DNA of 63,954 nt, the filler included, from Klebsormidium nitens (Eukaryota > Plantae > Klebsormidiophyceae), in the NCBI GenBank assembly GCA_000708835.1. It is 5 parts of 5 records of this genome, joined end to end, with 100 filler letters (N's around TTAATTAATTAA, not from the genome) between each part and the next. Parts side by side here need not be neighbours in the genome. Positions count along the whole stretch, not along the records: positions 13,094 to 38,502 come from DF237764.1; positions 38,603 to 50,539 come from DF238131.1; 3 more parts are not named here. One strand, written 5' to 3'. Below are positions 32,614 to 44,815 of the stretch, piece after piece. The translations under genes and the position numbers were made by a program. Each line of letters begins with the position of its first letter. Position 1 is the stretch's first letter. The notes beneath the pieces are model-generated. The model searched no databases. It was not told where the DNA came from and saw only the letters and a program-made list of their open reading frames with translations.

Positions 32614-35600
32614 CTAATCTCGTTTCCTCTTATGCGTATTTTTTTTGCTATAGGGACAATCATGCTCCGAGCCTCGCATTATTCCAAGACTTCCATCTGG
32701 ATCGCATTTTCTACACTTCTTTCCTACTCCCTTACCGCCCTGATTCCCCGCCTTCGGTCGAGAGCTTTCCACTCCCAGCGGTCGGACAACAAGCGGACCG
32801 GTGTACTGCTGAACAAGGTTCTCCGGCGCACCACTGGACGGATCGACCTGCTCCAGCGGGCTCGCTGCAATATTGCTCCGCCCCTGATCTAGAGGCCCGC
32901 AGCCCAACGTCTGAGGAGGAAAAGGAGAGCTTGGAGGGGTCACGGTCGCCCCTGTCGGAGACGTGCTAGCATGCTCGAATGCGGAACTCAAGGCTACGCT
33001 TGTATTGTCCGCTTCGCGCGAAAGGAGTGAGCGTACAAGCTGGCGCTCGTAGCGTGTAATGTCGCGGTAGTCCTTGAAGTAAAGGTCGCTGTCTATAGCT
33101 TGCTGATAACCACCTTGCGCGAGGCCCCAGAGTTGCCTTACGACTGCTGAGTTGAACTCCATCAGAACGGCTCTGTAATTCGTCCCGCCTTTGGTTGCAT
33201 GCTTCATGTACAGTTCCAGGAAAAGGTTGTGCTCGCTCGTAGTTGTGATGGGCCGCTTGAAGTGGACGAGATTGAAGTTATGCAGCGGGGGCAACGAGCG
33301 CAGCTTTCTTCTCCGAGTAGGTGGCATGTTAAAGTGGGGGGTGAAAGGATAGTTAGAAACGCCACGTGGCTCAGTCCCCACCTCGATGGGGAAGCCAGTA
33401 CTCGCTGCGAGCTGGCTCCGCACCCCCCCACCAGGTACAGCGGGCCGTGGCGTGAAGGCGGGCTGGCTGTGCACGGCCGGGACCCCACCAAGAAGAGCGG
33501 GCCGTGGAGCGAAAGCGGGCTGACTCCGCACGCCCCCGCCAGGAAGAGCGGGCCGCGAGAGGAAGGCGGGCTGGCTGTGCACCCCCCCCTCCAGGAACAG
33601 CGGGCCGAGGCGCGGATGCGGGCCGACTCCGCACCATGCCCCCAGGAACAGCGATCGGTAGGGAGAAGGCGGGCTGGCTCTGCACGCCCCCGGTTGGAAC
33701 TGCGGGCGATGGCGTCAAGGCGGGGTGGTTCCGCAAAACCCCACCGGGGACAAGAAGCGGCGACGCGGAGCCTGGCTGATTCCACAACCCCCCACCCGAG
33801 ACCATGGGCGTCGATGCAAAGGCGGGCTGGTTGCACGACCCCCCAGTAGAGACATGGTGTTGCGCGCCCCGCACCTGGACTGCGGGGACGACCGGCTGAT
33901 TGCGCGCGCTCCCCGCCAGGACTGAGGGGGCCGGGAGGACGACCGGCTGATTGCGCGCGCCACCCCCCAGAACTGAGGGGCGGGGGGACGACCGGTTGGC
34001 TGTGCGCGCCGCCCCCCAGGACGGAGCTGGACGGGGAACGNNNNNNNNNNNNNNNNNNNNNNNNNNNNNNNNNNNNNNNNNCCCCGGGACTGAGAAGGAC
34101 GGGGGACGACCGGCTGGTTGTGCGCGCCATCCCCCCGGACTGCAGAGGGCGGGGAGAGAACCGGCTGGTCCTGAGCGCCCCCGCCAGACACACTTGCTGG
34201 CGTCGAGACGGCTGGCTGGTTGGGCGGTTCACTCCCCCCGAGGACAGGGGTTACTTGCGTGGGTGCAGCGCCCTTGTGATCTGGCTCGGGACTGGCGTCG
34301 AAGTCCGGGTCTGCAATCAAAACGAGATATTATTGGCTGCATGAAATATGCAACTTGAAAGGATCGAACCGGAGCATCGAGTAAGGAATACTAAAAGGAG
34401 AAAAGCTTTAGAGCACTAATGAGGAAATGCTCACAACGTGACCGTTCTTGACTCAATATCTAGGTACACTTTAGTGGGAGAATCAGGAGTCTGTGAGTTG
34501 CATAACAGGTTGAGTCCTGATCGAAGCAAACTTTCGGTTCTTTTACGCACCGAAGTTGATTGTAAGCCTCAAAACTCAAACATGGTTGAACACAAAACGC
34601 TTATCAATTTGCTGATGCACAATAACAAGACCATGATATGTCCCGAGTTGCAGAGAACCTACCCTCGGAGTCCAGGTACGCAACCTCCGGGAACTGGGTC
34701 GGAGCGAACTCGCCCTCTTGGAAGGCCGCCGCGGCTTCTTGGAATCCGGCGGGGGTGCACTGGATGCCGAAGCTTTCAGCGGTCTCCTCCACAGTAAACT
34801 GCACGTCCCTATACGCCGGGGCCAAACCGAGAGCTTCCATGTGCTCCCCAATCCGGTACAGTATTTCAAGGTCAAAAGCGGGGCCGTGGTCCGGTTCACC
34901 GCGGTTCGCTTGCCTCATCCGGATGTTCCACCCCGTTAGCCACGTGCACGCCACCGCCTACGCCAGCTCAGCACTGATGTTGTAGTTCTTCAGGATCGCC
35001 TGAAAGTGCACGTGGAAGCCTTCCAGTCTTGAGCCCACCCGTTTGCACGCATACTGGGGGCGGGCGTTTGCACCGCGCGCAGGCTTGAGATAGTACATCT
35101 CCATATTTGGCGGATCTGCAATGTGGGATATGATGTTAGACTCAAATACATGGTGTATCCGTAACATGAAGGCAAGCAAACAGGAAGTATTCGCAAATCT
35201 CTTCCCTGACCCAGCAGTCCAACAACGGCCCTAACCTCACTCTTAACCTGACGCTGATCTGGCTGCACATGCTGCCCAGTGAGATCCATATGATTGTTAT
35301 GACTCAACAAACTCTGATCAGAGCAAAGTACAACAGTTATCAACCAGAATCCAACCCAAGTCAGTAACTCAAAACAGTAAGCCAGATTCTAGAGGGCTGA
35401 GAACTTACAAGTAACCCTGCAGATTATAACTTGCCTTGCGAACGACAATCTAATCCAGACCCGAAGACATGCCAAGAGTTTCGGACCCTTTGACCCCGCT
35501 CGTAAGCCACTGAATAGACTCAGCGCCACTCACCGCTCAACAAACCAAGCCGCGCTTGGTCAAGTAGACCCTGAAACGCTCGTTGAGCGTCGAACCCAAG

Positions 35601-38455
35601 AAGGGGCTCCGAAGTGAGGGGGTTGACCTTGGACGACGCCTCGTCTCCAACCGCCTGTCCACCATCATCAAAACGAAGTCATTGGTAAGACAAATCTGTG
35701 ACCGAGTGCGAAAGCGTACGTAGATTTAAACCGTGCTTCTCACTGATGAGCTTGTCAACGCGCAAATGATTGGACACTCAGGGCAACATCTTTGCGAGCA
35801 GCTTATTGACGGAGCTCTGCAATCCGCTTGCTTAGAGTATATTTGGAAAACTGATAAGCATGCACATCGACCTCCTAGACTAACCAGTACGCCCAGCCAA
35901 CCTCTCTTCAACCCTGTCCAGCTAACCCCCATTTGTAAGCCATCTTGCACGATTGAGCTACAGAATTATCAGCTTCACTCAGTACTGAAAGCGTGTGAAA
36001 TCCTTTCAAAAGAACGTGGTTTGGTCAAAGGTTGCTCGTGACCAAGAATTGCCAGTGCAAATCTTTGAAGCAGCGCGCGGCCAAAAGGAAGTACAAGGAA
36101 AGCAAGGCTTCTCACCTCAAGCCGCGCAAGCAAGACCTCAGGGGGTGGTACTGCCTTGCGGCATCTCCGCAGTGCGTTCTTCCCGGACTTGTCTGAAAGT
36201 GTCTTCCCCTTCTGGTCAAGCTCCTTCATAATTCCCACCATGTCAGCTTGGTTTTTGACGAAGATCGCGTCGCTCAGCTTCCCTTGCAACCAACCTGGTG
36301 AACAAGTTCAAGGGGCAATTAACAACTCTACCAAAGGCTCTTCCTTTGCAAATGCTCTGACAACTTCCAGCACGCGTTGTTTATGTGGTCACTCTTGCAG
36401 TATGGTAAAGTGAAGCAGCAAATCATGTGCTGGACAGTTGCTCATCAACAGTAGCACTGCACTCAGGAACATCCAAGTCAACACTTTGCAGAGCTTCGCA
36501 AAATGAGCTGCCTAACAAAGAACTCAAGCTTTTGTGAGAAAGAGCACTGATCAAAGAGCACACTGCATGAGCCAACAGCCTTGCAACCCAGCTTGAACAA
36601 ATACCTCTGAAAGGATGATCTTCAGGGATGCGCTTGGTCACACGCATAATAGCGTGCAGGATGTCCATAAGGTACGCCTCCAGCCCGGGCCAGATGCCCA
36701 TGAAAAAGGGGCCCATCACCTCGGGCCAGTCGCAGAACAGCACGCGGGGCTGCAAGCAAGCAACATGCGCACTTGCAGTGAGGTATGTTTGTCATTCACC
36801 ATCGAGCGCTGATCTTGGTAAGAGCTCTCTGATCCGCAAAGTGCTGCGACAAAGTAAGAGACCAGAGCGATGAATTGCTGAGCAAGGGTGGATCAGATGG
36901 TGCACTATATGCTGGTGCAAGGCGGCAAAACAGAGCTTTGAATGCAATTAACAAGCAACTGTGGAAGCTCACCGCGCGACCTGCCGATGCCATCCGCTCG
37001 TAGATTTGCCGGAGATTGTCTTTAACAACCTCAAGGGACGTACTGTGCGTCCACAGGCTGGTAGCAACTTCTCCAGTCTCCGTCATCATGGTGAGGGTGG
37101 CCTCCAAAACGCGCTGCCCCTCCACGCCTCTGAAAGAACGGAAGATCAGTTTTCAAAAGCAAGATGCATGTATTGATGTGCGGATGCAACCTGGCAGTGT
37201 CATACGTAAGCCTTCCTCTGTGTTTGGTGGAAATATTGGAAACAAGAAGAGCACATGCCTGTCACAAAGACTCGGCAGACTTGCAAGTGGCAGCTTGCTG
37301 ACAATCAATTCAGATGTCCAGAAGCAAAGAAGCGACGTGCTGTTTGCATTGGGCGCCGTAAAAAGCTGGTTTGACATACCTGATCCTCCGCATCAGTTTG
37401 TGGCAGTGGTCGACCCCAACACACTCGCCTTTCACAAGCGCCATCTGCCTGTTGTATGTGGGTATATTTGCGGCAGCCTGCTGCAAGAAGACCGATGACA
37501 GGAGCGCTGGACCAGCAATCCAATCTGGAACTCGCTTCCCCATGGCCCAGCTTTGAACCGGCTGCTCAATCCCTGCCCCGCCACCAGCTGTGCCACCAAA
37601 GAACCTGCCTATACCAATCTGGCGCTCTGCTTCCGCCTCAGCCCGCTTTGCCTTCAACTCGCGCTGGTACTCATAATAAACAAGCTCTCGCCGTTTCTCT
37701 GCCAACACATGCAACTCCTTCACCAGGCGTGCAATGCGAGGAAAACCGACGGCTTCTGGAGCCAGAAAGTGGATGAGATCCTGCAGCGATCGCTCCACAG
37801 GCACGCCTGTCTCTGTGAAGTCGATGGGCAGCTGGTCCTTGATGAATGGGCGCAACTGATTGCGGATCTCAGAGCTGTGTGCTAAATACAGAGTGCTGCC
37901 ATAGCCCCCCTTGCCATCAGGTTTTGCATGGCAGTCCTTGCAGCGGTAATCCTGGGAGAGAATGAAGAGGGGTCTGTGAAGCCCCAGGGCCCTCACCAGC
38001 TTCGAGTACCAGCCATTGCGGACCACAGTGGCCCTGCCACAGCCCCTGACGCAGGTGAACTTCTCAGGGACAAAACCCTTGAAGAACATTTGCCAAGAGA
38101 GGACGATGATAGTACAACCCCAGATTTTGAAGGGCTCTACTCGAGGTGCACCGAAGCGAGAAGCAGACGAGGATCCTGCCTTCTCAAGCTTTGAGGAAAT
38201 GGTTGGATTAGGTGCTTCGAAGATATAAGTGTCACAGCCCTCTTTACTGCCAACCTTTTGCTTGATAGACTGGACCAAGGGCTCTAAAGGGGTTCCACTA
38301 TATGCAACTTCCGCAACTTCAGCAGCTGCACCTACTACCCCTGCATCCTCCATTGCTCCAAGCAAAGCTTTCAAAGGGATGTTTGGCAGCCCAAGGACAA
38401 ACCTCTCTGCTCCCTTGTCTCCTGGCTTCCTGCTTTGAACAGAGGAATCTGCATT
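32614..38455 (-). mobile_element. Intron-containing DDE transposase gene (DUF6729-like N-terminus, D..D..DxxH..E), apparently inactivated
   Basis: Phase-consistent exons ~37380-38455, 36973-37129, 36605-36749, 36116-36294, 35534-35654, 34663-35115 and 32614-34310. Motifs CVRGC...NGW...YRCKDC, VGVDHCHK, LFCDW, MDILHAIMR, SRLEGFH, C-terminal CRKC...HDC. In-frame TAG at 34958-34960 and frameshifts in the repeat tract. The 5' end runs into a gap. Confidence 0.8.
33390..34230 (-). repeat. Coding ~51-bp (17-aa) GC-rich tandem repeat, consensus like SQPAFxPRPAVPGGGVx
   Basis: Seen across ORFs 33715-34320, 33371-33874 and 32614-33582, with frame switches at G/C homopolymers. Contains an N gap. Confidence 0.85.
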
Positions 38456-38878
38456 CTGAACTCAGGCCCAGCCTCAAGAGTCAGGGGCCAGGGCCAGCAC
38501 TGNNNNNNNNNNNNNNNNNNNNNNNNNNNNNNNNNNNNNNNNNNNNTTAATTAATTAANNNNNNNNNNNNNNNNNNNNNNNNNNNNNNNNNNNNNNNNNN
38601 NNATTTGTCTTGATTACGCCCCAATATCCTATACCATTATAGCGAGGTGGGATCATTGTGTGATGCATAAACTTGGTCTTAATGAGGCCGAGATTAAGGT
38701 CTTAATGGGGATCAGACTGAGACCAAATGAGGCCGGGATCAGGGTTCAATCCTTGCGAGATTAAGATCTTAATGTAAGCGAGATTGATCTTATTGTGCGA
38801 TCACTGACGTCTAAAGGTGGTTGAGATTGTTGGAACTCATGGTAGGGACTCGTAGCTATCCAGAAAGTTGGTGTCCAA

Positions 38879-39441
38879 AAAGTTGGTGTCAGATTTCTCG
38901 GTGTCGGATTTTGGAGAGTCGTAGCCAGCAGAGGCTCGGTTCCGACCGCTGACTTCGTCATAAATTCAAGGGTACCATTCATCGGACGGTACAAAACAAA
39001 GAGAGATAGGTAATTAGATAAGCTGAGATAACACGGTAGATAATACGTTAGATCACGGCATTGAAATGGGTAGGGTTAGTGTGGAGGTTTAGGGTTGGTA
39101 CGGGTGTGAAGCGGGTATTAATACGGGTTACGGTTTTTGGGTTTAGTCGGAGTTTAGGTACTAGGTATATTACATGTAGTGGCATAAATTACGCAATATG
39201 CATAAATTACGGTGTATCTTTCAAGTCTCATAAGATGTGCAGTCCGGCCCAGGCCAATTGCAGCTAGGCGTGCTCTTACGCGCCAGTTCGCCTTGAGGAC
39301 ATTGGTCGGAAGTGGCGCGAAGAGCAAGATCTACAAGATTTTTGGCGCGAGAGTGAAGGCGGGGGTACGTGCCGACCAGCGCGTCCTCTTCGATGATGGG
39401 AGCCTTGCAAATCCGACACCCGGAAATCCGACACCAAGTTT
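38879..39441. mobile_element. 563-bp foldback/MITE-like element with ~35-bp imperfect terminal inverted repeats
   Basis: Left arm aaagttggtgtcagatttctcggtgtcggattttg; reverse complement of the right arm aaacttggtgtcggatttccgggtgtcggatttgc. Confidence 0.65.
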
Positions 39442-40699
39442 ATGGTTATACTCGTAGTGTAGTTAAGTTCGTCATCGGGTGTTATCGTGTTGCCTGGCAC
39501 CATGCTTATTACCCATTGATGGCAACCGTGCATCTGAAGAGAAACACACAAAGCGCCTTACAAGCGGCTTCTTTCTCTCCACAAACTACTCTTGGAATGA
39601 TACATCACAATAGTGGTTTCCACCATTATAGGTCTCAAGGGTCTCTCCCGTTCCACTAGGCTCACTAGCCTGAGTCACACACTACTAGGCTCACTAGCCT
39701 TAGCTCACAGTCACACTCAATTCTAGCCGTCGATATCCTCATCTACGGCTTACATTGACGGCCGCTCTACCGCCTAACCTCCAAACCGCCTGGCCATTTA
39801 ATCAGCCGCCGTACACGAACGCCGACATTCACCAGTTCAAACCCTAACTCGGACCGAACCCTAATCATACAGTAATTCGGCTGACTATAAGCACCGATCC
39901 AGCACAGATTAAGATCAATCGATTACGACCACCAAGATAAAGAGCATGCAGTTAAGTAAGATCCGATTAAGATCAAATTCGGATGAACGCATACCACAAT
40001 CATCGAGATTAAGATCAGATTAGAAGTCGAGTCCTGTGGATGATCGTCCAATCTTAGTTGTTGGAGTGGTTGAAGCTAGGCCGTCAATATGAAGTTTGGA
40101 ACACCTAGGCTAATAGTACAGTCCACATAAGCTAGAGAAGCCCTAGCTACGGGATTGGTCTTGACTTAGACTCTCGCCTCGTGATGGATACTCAAACCTA
40201 GTAGTTGTGCATTTGAAAGGCGCTCGAAGACGCTTTCTTTGAACAGCAACCGCGGAGATACAAGTAGGGCGGGCTCCAGATGGTCTGCCGCGGCAAGCGC
40301 ACCTTTTAGAGTGGCTGCGTTACGCGCCACGTGCGAGCCACGATGCACTTGAAGGAGGAGCTCGAGAATTTTGAATTGATGGCGTCCGGGGCGGACGCGG
40401 CGTTTTTTTCTGGGGGTGATAGCCGGTGAGCGGGTCTACCCAGTGGTGTGGATGGGCGATTGGACGATACATGTCTAGTGGCTGTTGAGAAACGGAGTTG
40501 ATTAACGGCAGATTGTTTGAATCAAGCTCGATAAATTGGAGCCGTGGATTGTAAATTGTGTCATGTACTATCGACCGTAGAATGAGAAGTTTGTATCGTT
40601 GAGTATCGACCGTCGATTGCGTGTTAACTCCGAGGAACGAATTCAACAGTGGCAGGCGGCCCGAAGAGCGAGTGCATTGCGAAGGTGAAGGCGCACTTG

Positions 40700-41110
40700 C
40701 CCGAAAAATCTGACATGCGTGATCTGGGGGAGGCGACATACTTCCTTTCCTAGAAAGGAGCTAAGGCGCGACAAGATAACACGCACTTTGGATTTGACGC
40801 AGAAGATGCTGATAGAAAAGCTTGTTGGACGCTTTGGACTGGTGGACGCATGGGCATGCAGCGTTGATATCAAAAAGGGAGACAAATTGATAGAGTAGGG
40901 TGAGCCCCTTGGCATGAAGCGGTTCCCATATTTAGCAAGGCTGTGGGGAGCCGCCTGCCATACCTGAATGTATCCACAAAATCGACATTACGTAGACCGG
41001 CGATGGGCGCGATTGCGTGCTACATGGCGAAGCTACATAGGGGCACTAGCGGCGGCACTTGAAATTTTGCGCTACCCGGTTGGGACGGCAGAGGATGTCT
41101 GCCGTCCAAA
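40700..41110 (+). mobile_element. Ty1/copia reverse transcriptase (RVT_2) relic
   Basis: Broken frames read DMRDLGEATYFL, RRDKITRTLDLTQKMLIEKLVGRFGLVDA, AVGSRL and ALEILRY, with stops and frameshifts. Confidence 0.7.
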
Positions 41111-44100
41111 AACCGAGTTGCGACACTATTGCGCGAGAGTACTCAGTTAAAGAAGCGAAAAGTCTCATCGGTTATTGTAACGCAATTTACACATGAGACA
41201 TTTATTCCTTTGGAAGGTTTCCCTCCTCTCTTTTGTTGTGGTCTGCACTCTTGCACATATCCGTTTGCTGCACGTCCGAGCCATGTGACACCACTCATGC
41301 CTTGTTGTAGCATTCATGCCCCTATTCCCGTCTCACATCCTTGCCGTGGCCTCTCTCCGTTTTCCCTCTTCGCCGAGCTGCAAAAGCCATAGCGGAGTCC
41401 GAGGCACCACTGCCCTCATCCCGATCAAGGGCATATTTAAGCTCAGCTTATGCATCAAGAGCTTTGGAAGAACCGCATCCACTGAGCTCAAAGCCCCCTC
41501 TGAGGCTTCTAAGATTGCTTTTAGAGTCTTAAACGAGCTCGGCAATCTGGCGCAAGCACGCTTCAAGCCAGCTCATTCGACTCCGGCTCGAAATCGGTAG
41601 CTGTGAACCTCTAACAAGTTCTTTGCCCAACTCGCCTATATGGTCACGGCGGTCTCACCCAACTGACTCTTGCATGAGCCGCATCTTCCTTGCACATTGG
41701 ATTTGCTCTTGTAGGTCGTATAGACTAGGAGATTACAGGCCTCCTTTGCGATCTTGGCACATGGCCTCAATCGACCCGGAATGATGGTCCTCAACGTTCA
41801 GCCCATGATGCACACGCCATTGTTTATTGAGTTGAAAGCGCCATGGGATCCTTCACCCCGTTCCATACTACTTTTGGACGTCAACAAGAGCTTGAACTTG
41901 CGACTCCAATGATGAAGGTGTTTGCACCAAGCTTGTCCATGTGGACTTTTATTGACAGTGGATCTGTTAGCCATTTCAGAATTCGCCTTCTTTCCCTTTC
42001 TCACTTGACATAAGGTGGATTTCCCCTTAGGCTTCCTCGCGACTTGATCCCCGTAATTAGGCTCGATCAAAATTCGCTTGGCTCAAAGAGCACCGGTGAT
42101 GAAACAGACCGCCTCCATCGGTGCCTACTTTCTCAAAAGAGAACAATAGGCTGATTAGTACCGCGTTTGCCGCTTGTCTTCAAGACGGAATGTGGTTCTG
42201 TTCCTTGCTAATCTCACGTGTTGCCCACTGAATGGCTACAAGTGAAAGAGGCCGCTTCTTACCATACATCGTCGAACCATGGAGAGCACCCTTGGCCGAT
42301 CCTTCCTCTCCCGCGCCGTAGGCCTCTAAGTTGTCAAAACACGGCATTGTTGAAGTTGACTTCGAATCAATCAGATTCACACAACTTTCAGTTCACACAA
42401 TGTATATGGAACCGCCTTGGTCAGCCGTCAAATTTTTTACCCAGGGGTTCGATCCTATGTCACTTGCATGGCCTACTCGGCCACGTAGTGATGTCAACGT
42501 GACGTCATCCCGATTTCCAAAGAGTCTACTATACAACATGTTGAACACCTTCGGCTATAAATAATGTCTCCAGAAGTACAATAAGATTGCAGAGTCGTTG
42601 AGAAAATTGATACTAGAAAACCCAGCCCATGAAAGGTTAATTCGCCTCTTGAAATGCACCTGTCATTAGAAGCAAGACCGGGGGCTCCTAGCGGGGGGCC
42701 GTCCGCGGCATGTATATGCATACACGTGCATATGTGTACCATAATGTGCCCATTTCGTCGTATAGGTTTTGGGGCTGCCATGCCGTCGGCCACTATCAAG
42801 CCATGCGGACCTTGCAATGCAACACTTGCATGTGCAACCGAACCGTCCTAAGGGACCCATGTGCTGGCCGCCCTGTCTTTGTGGCAATTGATGACTCTGC
42901 TTGTAATCATGGTTGCATGGACTACATGCATAAATATCGATTGGGCCATGTCCGACGTACGGCCAGAAAGTGTCATATATGAATGTAGTTGAAGGCTTTG
43001 GGGTCGGAAGATCAAGGCATATCCATGCAGTGCCCTATGGACAACTTGCAATTTGGGCCAATGTCTAAGGTAGTTTTGTCAATGACATTGCCCTGTAGAC
43101 TCTTTAACTCCAATATTTTGTTTAATAATAAACTTCAGTAACCGCGCTTTAGCTCAATATGGTAGTCAGCCTCACACTTGCCGCATTAGCTAACATTGAC
43201 CAAAAGGTGTGAGCTGCCACGAGGTATCTGTTTGAGGAGACTGGATTCAAGTGCCACTAAGTGAGTTCCAGAAGTAAGATGGTTGTTTTTGTGTTCAACC
43301 CTACCCTGCCGCCCGATCTCGCATCCCGGTTAGACCGACCTCACAATGTCCAGGAGTTCGTCCTTCGGTTCTCTTGGCCCTTTGAAGAAATGAAATTCAC
43401 GGCAATGTGTGGCCATCTGAGACTGGGTGGAAAAAATGGACACGGCCCGCCAGCCAGCAATCTTACATTCGACACCTTGCTTCGCCAAAAGCGCATTCTC
43501 CAAGGGTTCCAAAAGACAAGCAAGCACTTTGTGGCCGGAGTAGGAAACAACAGGAATGCCGTTGAGAACTGCTTGTGATTCTCATCAAACCCACTCCTCG
43601 GATCAAGACCGCCTGTCAGCTTCGTCGACTATGAAGGCGTAAACGGCCTGTGACCAACAACGGACACTCTCAGTATACTAGTGCAGCCGACTTCGCATCA
43701 TTCGCATTAATCTCGAGAAGCGCAATTCAGAGCTTCTGATCGACGCCGCAAATTGCAGGAGAAGTTGTGCAATCGTAGTGAGTTGAAAGGGGCCGATCTA
43801 ACGCCAACCAGAAGAATATGCATCCTAGCCCTGTAGACTCCGACAAGATGCTGCTTCCCGTTTGGTTGCCCGCCTCCGCACTATTACCACCCTTCATTTG
43901 TTACCGGACTTCCGAGCGAGGAGAAGATTAGACGGAGATCGAAGAACCAGACCGGCTTCTTACCTTTACGGATGGAGACGTCTAAGTGCCCTTTCCGTGT
44001 TGCTTATTGTGCGCGTGTCCGATTGATGTCCACGATCGGTGTGCCCCTGTCAAAGAAGGATCCGATGGTTGCCTTGTAAACCTGCTTTCCACAGAGCATT

Positions 44101-44815
44101 CACATGCATCATTTGAGCAAGCCTCGCCATCCAAGCAAGTCCTCAAACCCAATTGGCGCTCTCTGACACTTCCTTGCGAAAGTAAAGGCAAAATTGGAAC
44201 AAAGGAGACGGCAATTATCCAAGTTTTGGAAGCTATTGTTAAGCATAACATCCTTGTCTTTCGGACGTCGGCTCAACATTGAGAATTTCTTTGGGGCGTG
44301 TTTGATGACCCGATAATGCATCATTTGTCTGGTTCCAACTCAAAGCATTGACTGTCGCCAAAACATTAAAAGGTGTTCCCGCTCTTGTTGGAAGTGACGT
44401 TACTTTGAAACGCACGGACAAGGATTCAAGGATACCCTATCTCAATGGAAACAAAACCATCGAAAGCTCTCCTGCAGTCGAACTACAAAAGCAGAGTCTC
44501 AAAACGAAGGTTCCGAAACTTGTCTACTACTTGCAACGTCACTCAAACGACAACGATTGCGAAGCACTTAACAGGCACGACGCTTCAGCAGATAGAGGGT
44601 CTAGGGCGTGAGCATAGTCGCAGCTTGAACTGCAGAAGAAAGAGAAAAGCGGAAGTTTTTCACGTTCTCCAACGCACATGCAAAAATGCTCGCCTCCAAG
44701 ACAAGGCTTGGCATACTGACTACACCAGTCTGGATTTCGCAACTTACCTTGTCTCTTTGAAGATTAAGAGTGCCCCAATTGTGCTTCTCCAACCTCTGTG
44801 CAGCCTCAACTCCGG

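Noticed and set aside
33199-34358. Plus-strand Arg/Gly-rich ORFs
   Set aside because: Antisense shadows of the GC-rich coding repeat.
40170-40640. Possible DIRS-like RT fragment on the minus strand
   Set aside because: Only vague word-level resemblance and no catalytic motif visible.
41100-44760. Scattered ORF fragments (e.g. 41333-41566, 42180-42380, 43261-43578, 43986-44611)
   Set aside because: Many stops, no recognisable motif and no phase-consistent exon chain, so no call is supportable.
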